Below, piece after piece: positions 54,763-64,000 of a DNA stretch of 64,000 bases; position 1 is the first letter of the stretch; every line of letters starts with the position of its first letter. The position numbers and the translations under genes were made by a program. The notes beneath the pieces were generated by a model that saw only the letters and a list, made by a program, of their open reading frames with translations, searched no databases and was not told the origin of the DNA. The stretch is taken from positions 1,376,001 through 1,440,000 of the forward strand of contig JBGANV010000001.1 of assembly GCA_044222185.1 (NCBI GenBank). Direction: 5' to 3'. The stretch is from Planctomycetota bacterium. Lineage in GTDB: Bacteria > Planctomycetota > GCA-002687715 > CAIWVZ01.

Positions 54763-57396
54763 TCAGGCCTTCCTGCGGGTGACGAGCTTCGCGACGAGCG
54801 CGGTCCAGCCAGTCTGGTGTGATGCGCCGAGCCCCTCGCCCGTGTCCCCGTTGAAGTACTCGTGGAACAGGACGTTCTCGCGCCACTCGGGGCGATCGGC
54901 ATAGCGATCGAGTGATCCCATGGCGGGGCGTCGGCCGGTGGGTCCCGGAACGAAGAGGTTCACCAGCCGCTGGGAGAGTCCGTCGGCGATCTGGCCGAGG
55001 GTCGCGGGCTCCGGCCTGAGCGCCGGACACGGCACTCGGAAGTCTGCGCCCAGGTAGTGATCGAATCGCTGGAGCGACTCGATGAGCAGGTAGTTCATCG
55101 GGAACCAGACGGGGCCACGCCAGTTCGAGTTCCCGCCGAACAGGCCCGTCCGCGACTCGGCCGGCTCGTAACCGACGCTGTGTTGCACGCCGTCGAGGTT
55201 CAGAACGTAGGGCGTCGTGGCGTGGGCGCGTGACACCGAGCGGATGCCGAACGGCGACAGGAACTCCTGCTCGTCGAGCATCACCGAGAGGAGACGTGCC
55301 AGGCGATGGCGCGGAACGAGCGACAGCATCCGTCGCTCGGCTCCGTCGGCGCGCTTCGTCCGATCGATGTTGTGTCGCAGGGCCGGACGGTTGCGGATGA
55401 ACCACATCAGGCGCCGGGCGAACCCAGGCAGGCGATCGAGCATCTCCGGCTCGATCGTTTCCACCGCGAACAGCGGCGTCAGTCCGACGATCGAACGGAC
55501 GCGGAGTGGGATGCGATCGCCGTCAGGCATCCGCAGCGCGTCGTAGTAGAAACCGTCGGATTCGTCCCACAGCTCCGAGTCCGAGCCACCGAGGTGGTTC
55601 ATGGCGTCGGCGATGTAGACGAAGTGCTCGAAGAACTTCGACGCCACGTCCTCGTAGGCGCGGTCCGTGTGCGCGAGCTCGAGAGCGATGGCCATCATGT
55701 TCAGGCAGAACATTCCCATCCAGGCAGTTGCGTCCGACTGCTCGAGGTGGCCTCCCCCGGGCAACCGGGCACTCCGGTCGAAAACGCCGACGTTGTCGAG
55801 ACCGAGGAACCCACCCTCGAAGACGTTCCGGCCGCGAGCGTCCTTGCGGTTCACCCACCACGTGAAGTTCAGGAGCAGCTTGTGGAACGCGCGCGAAAGG
55901 AAGTTCGTGTCGCCGACGCCGTGGATCCGGCGATCGATCTTGTAGACGCGCCACACCGAGTAGGCATGAACCGGCGGGTTCACGTCGCCGAACGCCCATT
56001 CGTACGCCGGCAGCTGCCCGTTGGGGTGCATGTACCACTCCCGCAGGAACAGGATCAGCTGGCGCTTCGCGAACGACGAGTCGACCATCGCGTACGCGAT
56101 CGAGTGGAATGCGAGGTCCCACGCGGCGTACCAGGGGTACTCCCATTTGTCCGGCATCAGCACGACGTCTTCGTTGTGCAGGTGTCCCCAATCGGCATTG
56201 CGCCCTGACGTGCGGCCCGCGGGAGGTGGCGGCTCGCCCGGATCACCAGCGAGCCAGCGCGACACGTCGTAGTGGTAGAACTGACGCGACCAGATGAGTC
56301 CCGCGAACGCCTGGCGCTGAACGTCACGCTCGGCGGGGGACGCGTCCGCCGGCACCACGCGGTCGTAGAACGAGCGACACTCGCCCCGGCGAACCTCCAT
56401 GAGGGCGTCGAATTCGGTGCCCGCGAGCCTCGTAGCGCCGTGCGCCGGGCCGAGCGCGACCCGAATCACGCGTGTCTCGCCTCGTTCGAGCCTCAGGACG
56501 TGGTGGTACGCAGCCTTCGTTCCCTCCTGTGCCGGATTCACGGCCGACGTGACGCCGTGGACGACGTACTCGTGAAACGCCTCCTTGGTCCAACCGACGG
56601 CGTTATCGACGCTCCACAGCTTCCGGCGGTTCGTCTCGTTCTCGGTGAACAAGAGCGGGGCGGGAGGGTCGACGCTCCACTGGATCGGATCCAGTTCCGG
56701 GTGCCTGACGACGACGTGTCGGCCCGATCCGTTGCCTTCGGCATGCATGGACGGTTTCACGCCGCCGCGGCCCGTCCCCCAGGTATTGCGGAACCAGAGC
56801 GTCGGCAGCACGTGCAACGTGGCTGCGTCGCCGTGGTTCGTGACCGCGATCGCGACGAGTGTCTCGTCGGGGGAAGCCTTCGCGTACTCGACCCGCATGT
56901 CGAAGTAGCCGCCGTCGAAGATGCCGAGGTCGTGGAGTTCGAGCTCGGGGTCCTGACGACTCCGCTCGGCGTTTCCGCGCACGAGCGTGTCGTAGGGATA
57001 CTCGGCGTGCGGATAGCGGTAGGTCGCTCGGGCGTAGGCGCCCGACGGGAGAGCGTCCTGGTAGTAGTAGACCTCCTTCACGTCCTCGCCGTGGTTCCCC
57101 TCGGGACCGGTGAGGCCGAACAGCCGCTCCTTCAGGATCGGGTCACGCTCGTTCCACAGTGCGACGGCGAAGCAGATCCGCTGGTGGTTGTCGCACCAAC
57201 CGAGGAGACCGTCCTCGCTCCAGCGATACGCCCGCATCGGTGCCTGTGCGTGCGTGAACGACGTCCACGCGCTGCCGTCACCGCTGTAGTCCTCACGGAC
57301 GGTCCCCCACGCGCGTTCGGCGAGATACGGACCCCAACGGTCCCAATGCGCTCGCCGCGCGTCGTTGTCTGCGAGGCGTTGCTCCTCCGGGTGCAT
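54763..57396 (-). CDS. GH63-like (MGH1/mannosyl-oligosaccharide glucosidase) glycoside hydrolase
   Basis: WGPYLAERAWGTVREDYS, MPDKWEYPWYAAWDLAFH, NSNWRGPVWFP, EYFNGDTGEGLGASHQTGWT. Confidence 0.93.
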   Translation of the reverse strand: MHPEEQRLADNDARRAHWDRWGPYLAERAWGTVREDYSGDGSAWTSFTHAQAPMRAYRWSEDGLLGWCDNHQRICFAVALWNERDPILKERLFGLTGPEGNHGEDVKEVYYYQDALPSGAYARATYRYPHAEYPYDTLVRGNAERSRQDPELELHDLGIFDGGYFDMRVEYAKASPDETLVAIAVTNHGDAATLHVLPTLWFRNTWGTGRGGVKPSMHAEGNGSGRHVVVRHPELDPIQWSVDPPAPLLFTENETNRRKLWSVDNAVGWTKEAFHEYVVHGVTSAVNPAQEGTKAAYHHVLRLERGETRVIRVALGPAHGATRLAGTEFDALMEVRRGECRSFYDRVVPADASPAERDVQRQAFAGLIWSRQFYHYDVSRWLAGDPGEPPPPAGRTSGRNADWGHLHNEDVVLMPDKWEYPWYAAWDLAFHSIAYAMVDSSFAKRQLILFLREWYMHPNGQLPAYEWAFGDVNPPVHAYSVWRVYKIDRRIHGVGDTNFLSRAFHKLLLNFTWWVNRKDARGRNVFEGGFLGLDNVGVFDRSARLPGGGHLEQSDATAWMGMFCLNMMAIALELAHTDRAYEDVASKFFEHFVYIADAMNHLGGSDSELWDESDGFYYDALRMPDGDRIPLRVRSIVGLTPLFAVETIEPEMLDRLPGFARRLMWFIRNRPALRHNIDRTKRADGAERRMLSLVPRHRLARLLSVMLDEQEFLSPFGIRSVSRAHATTPYVLNLDGVQHSVGYEPAESRTGLFGGNSNWRGPVWFPMNYLLIESLQRFDHYLGADFRVPCPALRPEPATLGQIADGLSQRLVNLFVPGPTGRRPAMGSLDRYADRPEWRENVLFHEYFNGDTGEGLGASHQTGWTALVAKLVTRRKA

Positions 57397-57451
57397 GTCG
57401 TGGCCGCCTGAGATTCCCTAGCGGGGCCGCCACCGATCCGGCGGGCGGTCG

Positions 57452-58363
57452 TCACCACTTCGGGAGGATGTCTCCCAAAGCGACATCGACCGTTGGGAAT
57501 TGGAACTTGAACCCGGACTCGATCGCCTTGCGCGGAACGACATGCTGCCCCGTCGTGAGGATCGATGCCGATTCGCCGAACAACAGCCTGAGCGCCAGCG
57601 GCGGTGTCGGCAGGAACGCCGGACGCCTCAGCGCCTTCCCGAGAGCCTTCGCGAACTGCCCGTTCGTCATGGCCCCTGGTGCCGCGGCATTCACGGGGCC
57701 GCTGAGCGCCGGGGTGTCGATTCCGTGGAGGATCAGCGCCGCGAGATCGTCGCGGTGAACCCACGAGAACCACTGGCGGCCATTGCCGATGGGCCCGCCC
57801 CCGCCCATGCGGAAGAACGGCATCATCTGAGCGAGGGCCCCGCCGTGCGGGCCGAGCACCACGCCGATCCGGACGATCACGACACGAACGCCCAGGTCGT
57901 TCGCGCGTAGCGCGGAGTCCTCCCACTCGCGGCAGACACCGGCCAGGAAGTCGGTGCCCGCAGCTCCCGATTCGTCGAGTTCCTCGTCCCCCCGCGGGCC
58001 GTAGAAGCCGACCGCCGATGCGGAAACGAGGACCTTCGGCCGCTGCTCGGCAGGCTGGGCCGCCATGGCGTCGACCAGTCTTCTCGTACCCTCGACGCGG
58101 CTTCGACGGATCACGTCTTTTTGCCGCGCAGACCACCGCTTGCCGAAGATCGGTTCACCCGCCAGGTTCACGACGGCATTCACGCCCGCCATCCACGCCT
58201 TGGGTCCGGAATCGGGCGATACGGTCTGAACCTCCTGCCCGAGTGCCTGAACCGCGGCGACGACGTTGCGGGTCATCACACGCACGGAATCCTTCCGCTT
58301 GACGAGCTTCGAGTGGACGGCCTGGCCGACGAAACCGGTTCCTCCAGTGATCAGCACCTGCAT
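57452..58363 (-). CDS. TIGR01777 family (YfcH-like) NAD-dependent epimerase
   Basis: MQVLITGGTGFVG, VNLAGEPI, SASAVGFYG, CREWE, WVHRDD; own GGAGG RBS before ATG 58363. Confidence 0.92.
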   Translation of the reverse strand: MQVLITGGTGFVGQAVHSKLVKRKDSVRVMTRNVVAAVQALGQEVQTVSPDSGPKAWMAGVNAVVNLAGEPIFGKRWSARQKDVIRRSRVEGTRRLVDAMAAQPAEQRPKVLVSASAVGFYGPRGDEELDESGAAGTDFLAGVCREWEDSALRANDLGVRVVIVRIGVVLGPHGGALAQMMPFFRMGGGGPIGNGRQWFSWVHRDDLAALILHGIDTPALSGPVNAAAPGAMTNGQFAKALGKALRRPAFLPTPPLALRLLFGESASILTTGQHVVPRKAIESGFKFQFPTVDVALGDILPKW

Positions 58364-58537
58364 GCGTGGTTCCTCCGTCGGTGACTCTCGCACCGGCGTG
58401 CAGGCGACGGAAGCGCGCTCAGACTCTCGGACCGGCGGCACCTTCCATGCGTTGCGCGCCGAAGCACGGGTGGTAGCCTCGCACGCTGACGTCCTCGCCA
58501 CGTCCTCGTTGCATTCCCGACCCGTGGAGCAAGCCCG

Positions 58538-58960
58538 ATGCCTTATGACCCGATGCTCGTGAAACCGATGCGCGAAGAGGTGACCCGCCTCGGCGTGAAG
58601 GAACTCATGACCGCGGCCGACGTCGATTCCGTGCTGACCAACAAAGACGGAACGACGCTCGTCTTCGTGAACTCCGTTTGCGGTTGCGCGGCAGGCGGAG
58701 CGAGGCCGGGCCTCGCGCTGGCGTTGCAGCACCCGGTCAAACCCGACGTGGTCACGACGGTCTTCGCCGGTCAGGACGTGGAAGCCGTCACCCGCGTGCG
58801 GTCGTATTTCGAGGGGGCCGCCCCAAGTTCTCCGGCCGTCGCGCTGTTCAAGGCGGGGAAGCTGGTGCGACTGATCCAGCGTTGGGAGATCGAGGGCCGT
58901 GATCCGCGCCAGATCGCCGCGGACCTCAAGAGCACATTCGACCAATTCTGCAAGTCCTGA
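58538..58960 (+). CDS. BrxA/BrxB family bacilliredoxin
   Basis: VNSVCGCAAGGARPG, TVFAGQD.EA, SSPAVALFKAGKL. Confidence 0.92.
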   Translation: MPYDPMLVKPMREEVTRLGVKELMTAADVDSVLTNKDGTTLVFVNSVCGCAAGGARPGLALALQHPVKPDVVTTVFAGQDVEAVTRVRSYFEGAAPSSPAVALFKAGKLVRLIQRWEIEGRDPRQIAADLKSTFDQFCKS

Positions 58961-61036
58961 GCGCGTCGCCTCGCGGCTCCGCACTTGCCGAACACGCCAG
59001 CGAGGCGCCCGGCGCCGCCGCCGCGTCCGCTGCAGCACCGGCACGGAGCGCAGCAGCATGGAGATCTCCTTCCCGAGGAAGGTCTTCTCACGAATCCGCA
59101 GCGATTGGACGGCTGACGCCAGGAGGCGCCCCGCCTTGGCGTCCTCGCAATTGCACGAGCGCGCCCCTGCGAGAAACAGCGCGACCTCCTCTCCCTCCGC
59201 CGCGCCGGTGACGCGCTCCACGCGGCCGGCGGTCGGCTCGACCACCACGGACGACGCGAGGTAGACGGCGCCGTCGACCTCCCGCATGGCGTCGCGCCAG
59301 ACAGCACTGAACGCACGGCGAACGGGATCGCCGAGCGACGTCCTTCGCGCGCGTTGCCCGGCTCGAACGAGCGCCGGGAGGAGCACGCCTCCGTCGACGA
59401 ACGGGGAGACGCGAAAGTGCCCGGCCTTCGACTCCGCCGGCTCGATCAGGAAGTGCCCGCTTCGCGCCTGCCGGGCGAGCACCAGTCCGGTCGCCCGCCG
59501 GATCACGGCATCGCTGCGCGCGTGCTCCGCGACGATGTCGTCCACGGCGCACAACGCCGTCAAACCCCACCCGATCGAGCGTGGGATCTCGCGGGACCAG
59601 TCGAGTTTCTCGAAGAACGAGAGCTGCTCGCGCGCGGCGACCGCCACTTCGTCCCGCATCCAGGGGTCGTCGAGGCCCTCACTCACGAGCCTGGCGCCCT
59701 CGATCCAGTGGTGCCCGGCCTCGACGACCCCGCTGCGATGTCGAGCCCCGTGCTGAAACGCGAGTCCCGTCCTCCCAGCATCGCGATCCACACACAGGTA
59801 ATGCTCGGCGGCTGCCCGGGCGAGGCGGCCCCACCTCGGCTGCCCCGTCTCTACCCACCGCCACCACAACCCCAGACTGGTGTCCCACTCGCAGTTCCCC
59901 ACCCGCCACCGATCCATGGCCCAGTCCCCGAAGTCCTCCCGCTTCCACCCGAGCCCGTGTCGCGGATCGGAGACCCACGCATCGAGCGCCTCGTCCAGAC
60001 AGCCCGCGAGCGCGGCCTGATCGTTGGAGGTGGTCCCGCTCCCGACACCGAGCTTCCCCGTCGCCGGCAGCGGGCGCGCGAGCACGTCGGGGACGAGCAA
60101 TCCGTCGAGCGAAACCACGACGTCGAGGATCCGCGTCTGCCCCACGGCGAGGTCCGAATCCCGATCGCCCGCGACGGCGATCGCCGCTCGCTCGAACGGC
60201 ATCTCGAACCTGCAAGGACTCCCCTGTCCGACCCGCGCAGCCTGGACCGACCATGACACGCCCGGTGGCGCGAGGACATCCTGCGCGCCGCTTTCGAGGC
60301 AGGACATCACGTCTTCGAAGGTGAGTCCCTGCGCCCGAGGTGTCGCCCCAGGCGGGGTCTCGTCGACGTCGTCCTCGTCGCCCGCATCATCCCGAGCACC
60401 GTCGGCGGCGCGCACGCGGAGGCCCGTGGCCTGCGAAAATCCGTCGCCGTGGCTTCGGGTGAGCACGAGCCGGGCACGAAGGCGGAGAACGTCCTCGTCG
60501 ATCGTCACGAGGAGGCGACGCTCCACGTCTCCGGGAGCCGTGGTCTCCGTGAACCGCAGCACGACGCGAACGGCGTCACGGTCGAACACGTCCCACGTCC
60601 CGCCGACGGCCGACGGCGGAACGAGTTCGAGCGCGGCATCGCCGACCGTGACTCGGCCACTCCAATCGCCCACCACCGGTTCGCCCGCGACGAACGTCTC
60701 GAACCGGTCCCGCGTCAGGTTCACCGGCCACGGCCGCTCAGCCGCTCCCCGGTCCCGCACCGTGAGTCGCGTCGAGCCCGCCTTCAGCGAAGGGAGCACC
60801 GCGCGAACAACGGCGGACCTCTCCCGCTCGATGACGGTTCCCCGGACGACCCGAGATTCGTCATCGACGAGGGTCACCGCTCGCGTCGTCCCCGGGGGCC
60901 CCGCCCTCGACGCCAGTCCGCCGCAGGTGACGACGATCGGCCCAGGACACTCCGCAGGGCTTCGTATCTCCACTTCCTGCGCGGAAAGCGCCGCAGCGAA
61001 CAGTCCCAGGATCGCGATGACGTGCCGGATGTCCAT
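58961..61036 (-). CDS. Exported alpha/alpha-toroid protein (YetA/exo-rhamnogalacturonan lyase-like); 3' end undefined because no in-frame stop is present
   Basis: Signal peptide MDIRHVIAILGLFAAALSA; FGDW, GNCEWD, AEHYLCVD, GHHWIEG, RSIGWGL. Protein-like sequence fades near 59030. Confidence 0.6.
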
Positions 61037-61123
61037 CGACAGAGAGACGCTCGGCACGACTGGAACGTCCGCACCTCTCCGAAAGATGGATGAGGCAGCG
61101 TCGCTTATGATCGAGCCACGACC

Positions 61124-61720
61124 ATGCGCATCGGGCTATTCGGCGGCAGCTTCAATCCGGTTCACAACGGCCACGTCACGATGGCGATCTGCGCCCGCGA
61201 ACAGCTCGAACTCGAACGCCTGCTCGTCGTTCCGGCGCGTCAATCTCCCCACAAGCGCCAGCGCCCGGAGATCGACGACGCGACACGCCTTGCACTCGTG
61301 ACTGCGGCCTTCACCGGAGTGCCGGCCATCGAGGTCGTGCGGTGGGAGCTCGATCGAACCGGACTTTCTTACACCGTGGACACGGTGAAGCAGGCCGCCG
61401 CCACGTTCGCCGGCGCCGAGATCCACATCGTGATGGGCGCCGATTCATTCGTCGACTTCCCCAAGTGGTTCGACGTGCCCGGGATCGTCTCGCGGGCCGC
61501 CGTCGCGGTCGTGCTCAGGCCAGGTCTCGACCACGCGGCGATGGCGGCCCGCGCGTCGACCATCGACGGCCTCCGCTGGCGCACGCTCGAAGTTCCGTTG
61601 AACGCAACGTCGTCGACTCACGTGCGGGAACGCGCACGTGCCGGTCTGCCGCTGCACGGGCTCGTCCCCGACGACGTTCGTCGCATCATCGAACGCGACG
61701 GCCTCTACGACTCCCGCTGA
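61124..61720 (+). CDS. nadD: Nicotinate-nucleotide adenylyltransferase
   Basis: GLFGGSFNPVHNGH, SPHK, SYTVDT, MGADS, W, SSTHVR. Confidence 0.95.
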   Translation: MRIGLFGGSFNPVHNGHVTMAICAREQLELERLLVVPARQSPHKRQRPEIDDATRLALVTAAFTGVPAIEVVRWELDRTGLSYTVDTVKQAAATFAGAEIHIVMGADSFVDFPKWFDVPGIVSRAAVAVVLRPGLDHAAMAARASTIDGLRWRTLEVPLNATSSTHVRERARAGLPLHGLVPDDVRRIIERDGLYDSR

Positions 61721-61738
61721 ACGTTCGGTGCGTCCCCA

Positions 61739-64000
61739 TCACTGGATGCGCAGGATCACGCCATTCGTGATGCCCCACGGACTGGGTGCGAGATACGAGT
61801 CCTCGACGACACCCTGCAGCGTCATCGTCGCGGGGATCGGCAGCCCCGGGACCGAGAACGCGAACGGCGCGCCGCTCGACGGGACGAGCGCGGTCGGATC
61901 GGCCCAGAAGTCGTTCGCAACCGTGAAGGCCCCCGCCGTGAAGGGCGCAAGCGAAAGCGGCGCGAAGCTCATCGTCCCGATGAAGTTCGAGTACGCCGCA
62001 GCCGGCGTGGGCGCACCGAGCACGCCCCACAGCGCAAAATGCGTCGTGCCGGCATGACTCGGCGGCCGTGACACCGCGATGGCGAACGGTACGCCGATGC
62101 CCAGGTCGACTCGCCGGGCCGCGCCGCCCGTCGACCCGTTCACCGTGAGGACGTCGAACGGACCGCCTTCTCCCACACCCGTGTTGCCGACGCCGGCGCT
62201 CCCGAGCGCCGGCGAAGCCTGTGTCGACGACTGCCAGAACTGCAGCAACTGCGTCAGCGCGACGGGCGCGTTCACCGGCGGTGCGAGCCCCGCCTGGCTC
62301 GCCGTGTTGATGCCGTGGCAGGAGCCGCAGGCGCGGATCTCGCCGGGCTGGAACGTGAGCCAGTAACGCTCTCGAACGACGCCGTTTCCCGCGGGGCCCG
62401 TGAGCTGCCACGTCATCGCACGTCGCGCCGGCACGAACGCAGCGACGGATCCGTCTGCCGCCACGCTCACGCTGGCGGCCGGGCCAGTGGGATCAGGGGG
62501 ATTGAAGCTCGCGCCGTCGTGCATCGGTTGCGCGATGACCCGCCGTCCTGCCCCAGGCGAGGTCGGTCCGCCGTACCCGCGGATCAAGTCGCCCTGGAAC
62601 AGCTGAAGGTGGGCGACGTCGTAGATCGTGCCCCCCGCGCCGAGGGTCTGGACACCGCCCGGCACGCGCAAGTTGAACGGCTGCTGACGTTCCGCGTCAT
62701 CCCGCGTCGTGACGTTGCGCGCGACCATCAACGCGAGGCCGTTCAGGTACATCCACGTGCGCAGTTGAGTGACGTCGACCCCCGCGGCCTGGATCGCCGC
62801 GGCCTCGGGCTGGGCGAGCGCCGCGAATCTCCGCGGTGGTCTTGGGCGCGGTCGCACCTCGACCGGATTCAACTCCCAGAGGACGCCGCTGTAGCTCATC
62901 GACACGTCCGGACTCCACCAGTTCACGCTCTTCGAAATGCCGCTCGTGAGAGTCGCGCCCGCGACCGCGTACGGCGACTGCGGCTGCAGGACCTTCAGGC
63001 GGAATGCGTAGCGCGACTGCGGCTGCGTGGAGGTCCCGATGTTCTGATCCGAGTTCGTTTCGGCCGTGTGCACGACGACGGTCTGGCCGTCGGACAGGGG
63101 CAGCGGCTCGCGGTAGTGCCCCGAGTGGTTCGGACCGGGCGTCGACGTGAAGCTGGCCGTGTCGCGGTGCGTGACGTACGTGATGACCGCAAGATCCGGG
63201 TTGGCTCCCGGTGGCGCCGTCAGCTTGATCACCTGCCCCGACGCGTGCGTGAAGAACTCGGGCGCGTCGATGCCGATGTACGTCCCCGGCGCCGTCGGGT
63301 CCTCACGGATCTGGATGAAATTGCCGATGTCGTTCGGATTCACTCGCCCCGACGTCACGGAGATGAACTCGTGCAGGTTCGCGTCGCCGTAGAGACTCTT
63401 GTCGAAGTAGCCGTGGAGCTCGTGGCGGCCGATGTGGTTCAGCGTTTCGGGTTCCGTGCCGTCCTCGTTGATCTGCCACGGGAAGAAGTGGTTGAACGTG
63501 TGCCCAACCAGGTTGGTTCCCGCGAGGAGATCGGTCCGGGTCGGGCGCGGTTCGGGATAGACCTCCGTTCGCGACGTCGTCGTGACGGAACCTGGGGCCT
63601 CCCCCGTCCAGTTGAACGTGCCGTACGTGTTGCCCGAGAGCACGTCCGTGTCGGCCTGCTGATCCCGCTGCATGTGATCCCACTGCGTGAAGATCACGCG
63701 CCCGAACGAATCGACGATGGGCGTGAAGTCGCCCGAGGGCGCGTGGTTCATCAGGAACAAGTCGCCCGTGAACGGGTTCAGGCTCCACAGGCCGCTGACG
63801 CACGCCGTCGACTCGTACTCGTCCCGCTGCGGATAGAGCTGCTGCTGTCCGTCGCGCGGCCGATCGGAGGCGAAGATGATCCGATCGTCCGTGCCGTAGA
63901 CGGGCATGACGTTGTTCGCGTTCGCGGGCTGATTCGGGACGCGCGTGATCACGGGCGTGTCCGTGGGCCCGAGACCCGTCACTTCGTAGAGCTGCCAGAA
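61739..64000 (-). CDS. HzsA-like (hydrazine synthase alpha middle-domain) beta-propeller protein with a c-type heme motif; 5' partial
   Basis: IIFASDRP, GRVIFTQWDH, DGSVAAFVPARRAMTWQL, FQPGEIRACGSCHG (CxxCH 62315-62329); the frame is open past 64000. Confidence 0.75.
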   Translation of the reverse strand, partial: FWQLYEVTGLGPTDTPVITRVPNQPANANNVMPVYGTDDRIIFASDRPRDGQQQLYPQRDEYESTACVSGLWSLNPFTGDLFLMNHAPSGDFTPIVDSFGRVIFTQWDHMQRDQQADTDVLSGNTYGTFNWTGEAPGSVTTTSRTEVYPEPRPTRTDLLAGTNLVGHTFNHFFPWQINEDGTEPETLNHIGRHELHGYFDKSLYGDANLHEFISVTSGRVNPNDIGNFIQIREDPTAPGTYIGIDAPEFFTHASGQVIKLTAPPGANPDLAVITYVTHRDTASFTSTPGPNHSGHYREPLPLSDGQTVVVHTAETNSDQNIGTSTQPQSRYAFRLKVLQPQSPYAVAGATLTSGISKSVNWWSPDVSMSYSGVLWELNPVEVRPRPRPPRRFAALAQPEAAAIQAAGVDVTQLRTWMYLNGLALMVARNVTTRDDAERQQPFNLRVPGGVQTLGAGGTIYDVAHLQLFQGDLIRGYGGPTSPGAGRRVIAQPMHDGASFNPPDPTGPAASVSVAADGSVAAFVPARRAMTWQLTGPAGNGVVRERYWLTFQPGEIRACGSCHGINTASQAGLAPPVNAPVALTQLLQFWQSSTQASPALGSAGVGNTGVGEGGPFDVLTVNGSTGGAARRVDLGIGVPFAIAVSRPPSHAGTTHFALWGVLGAPTPAAAYSNFIGTMSFAPLSLAPFTAGAFTVANDFWADPTALVPSSGAPFAFSVPGLPIPATMTLQGVVEDSYLAPSPWGITNGVILRIQ

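Noticed and set aside
57452-61057. A genuine 1201-aa lyase-epimerase fusion enzyme
   Set aside because: The linker is the antisense of a clear bacilliredoxin gene and the epimerase has its own RBS and ATG; treated as separate genes with a missing stop.
61739-64000. Evidence for anammox metabolism
   Set aside because: Only a distant HzsA-like architecture is present, with no other hzs or hao genes in the window; such homologues occur in non-anammox bacteria.

Overview
High-GC, gene-dense bacterial chromosomal segment, most likely from an uncultured Planctomycetota lineage. That placement is inferred from an ECF sigma factor with a long Ig-like extension, a Ser/Thr kinase-TPR protein, a DUF1800/DUF1501 pair, a BlaI/M56 pair with Ig-like sensor domains and an HzsA-like protein. 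About 45 CDS are supportable; no rRNA, tRNA, CRISPR array or mobile element was recognised. Housekeeping genes include trxB, mfd plus a SurA-like PPIase, rnc, dgt, nadD, proline dehydrogenase and PTS IIA. Accessory genes include secreted astacin (M12A, missed by the ORF track) and M43 metalloproteases, GH63-like and GHL10 glycosidases and a metal ABC uptake operon. The most interesting items are: (1) a three-gene cytoplasmic operon encoding a divergent pyruvate-kinase barrel fused to a LicC/PntC-type nucleotidyltransferase, an ATP sulfurylase with no adjacent APS kinase, and a Thr-nucleophile sulfatase-fold enzyme, which may be an undescribed activated-donor/group-transfer pathway; (2) a probably leaderless HHH-CxxC-RGPP (DUF2946/CruR-like) leader peptide with hairpins in front of an outer-membrane protein + ZnuABC-type operon; (3) three tandem double-ExbD-domain paralogues sharing an H-x7-C-x8-C-x4-HWR insert, one of them frameshifted; (4) a BlaI/BlaR1-like pair with a visible twin operator controlling DUF1800/DUF1501; (5) a stop-less 1201-codon ORF running antisense through a bacilliredoxin gene. 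All family calls come from motif recognition by eye, not from database searches.
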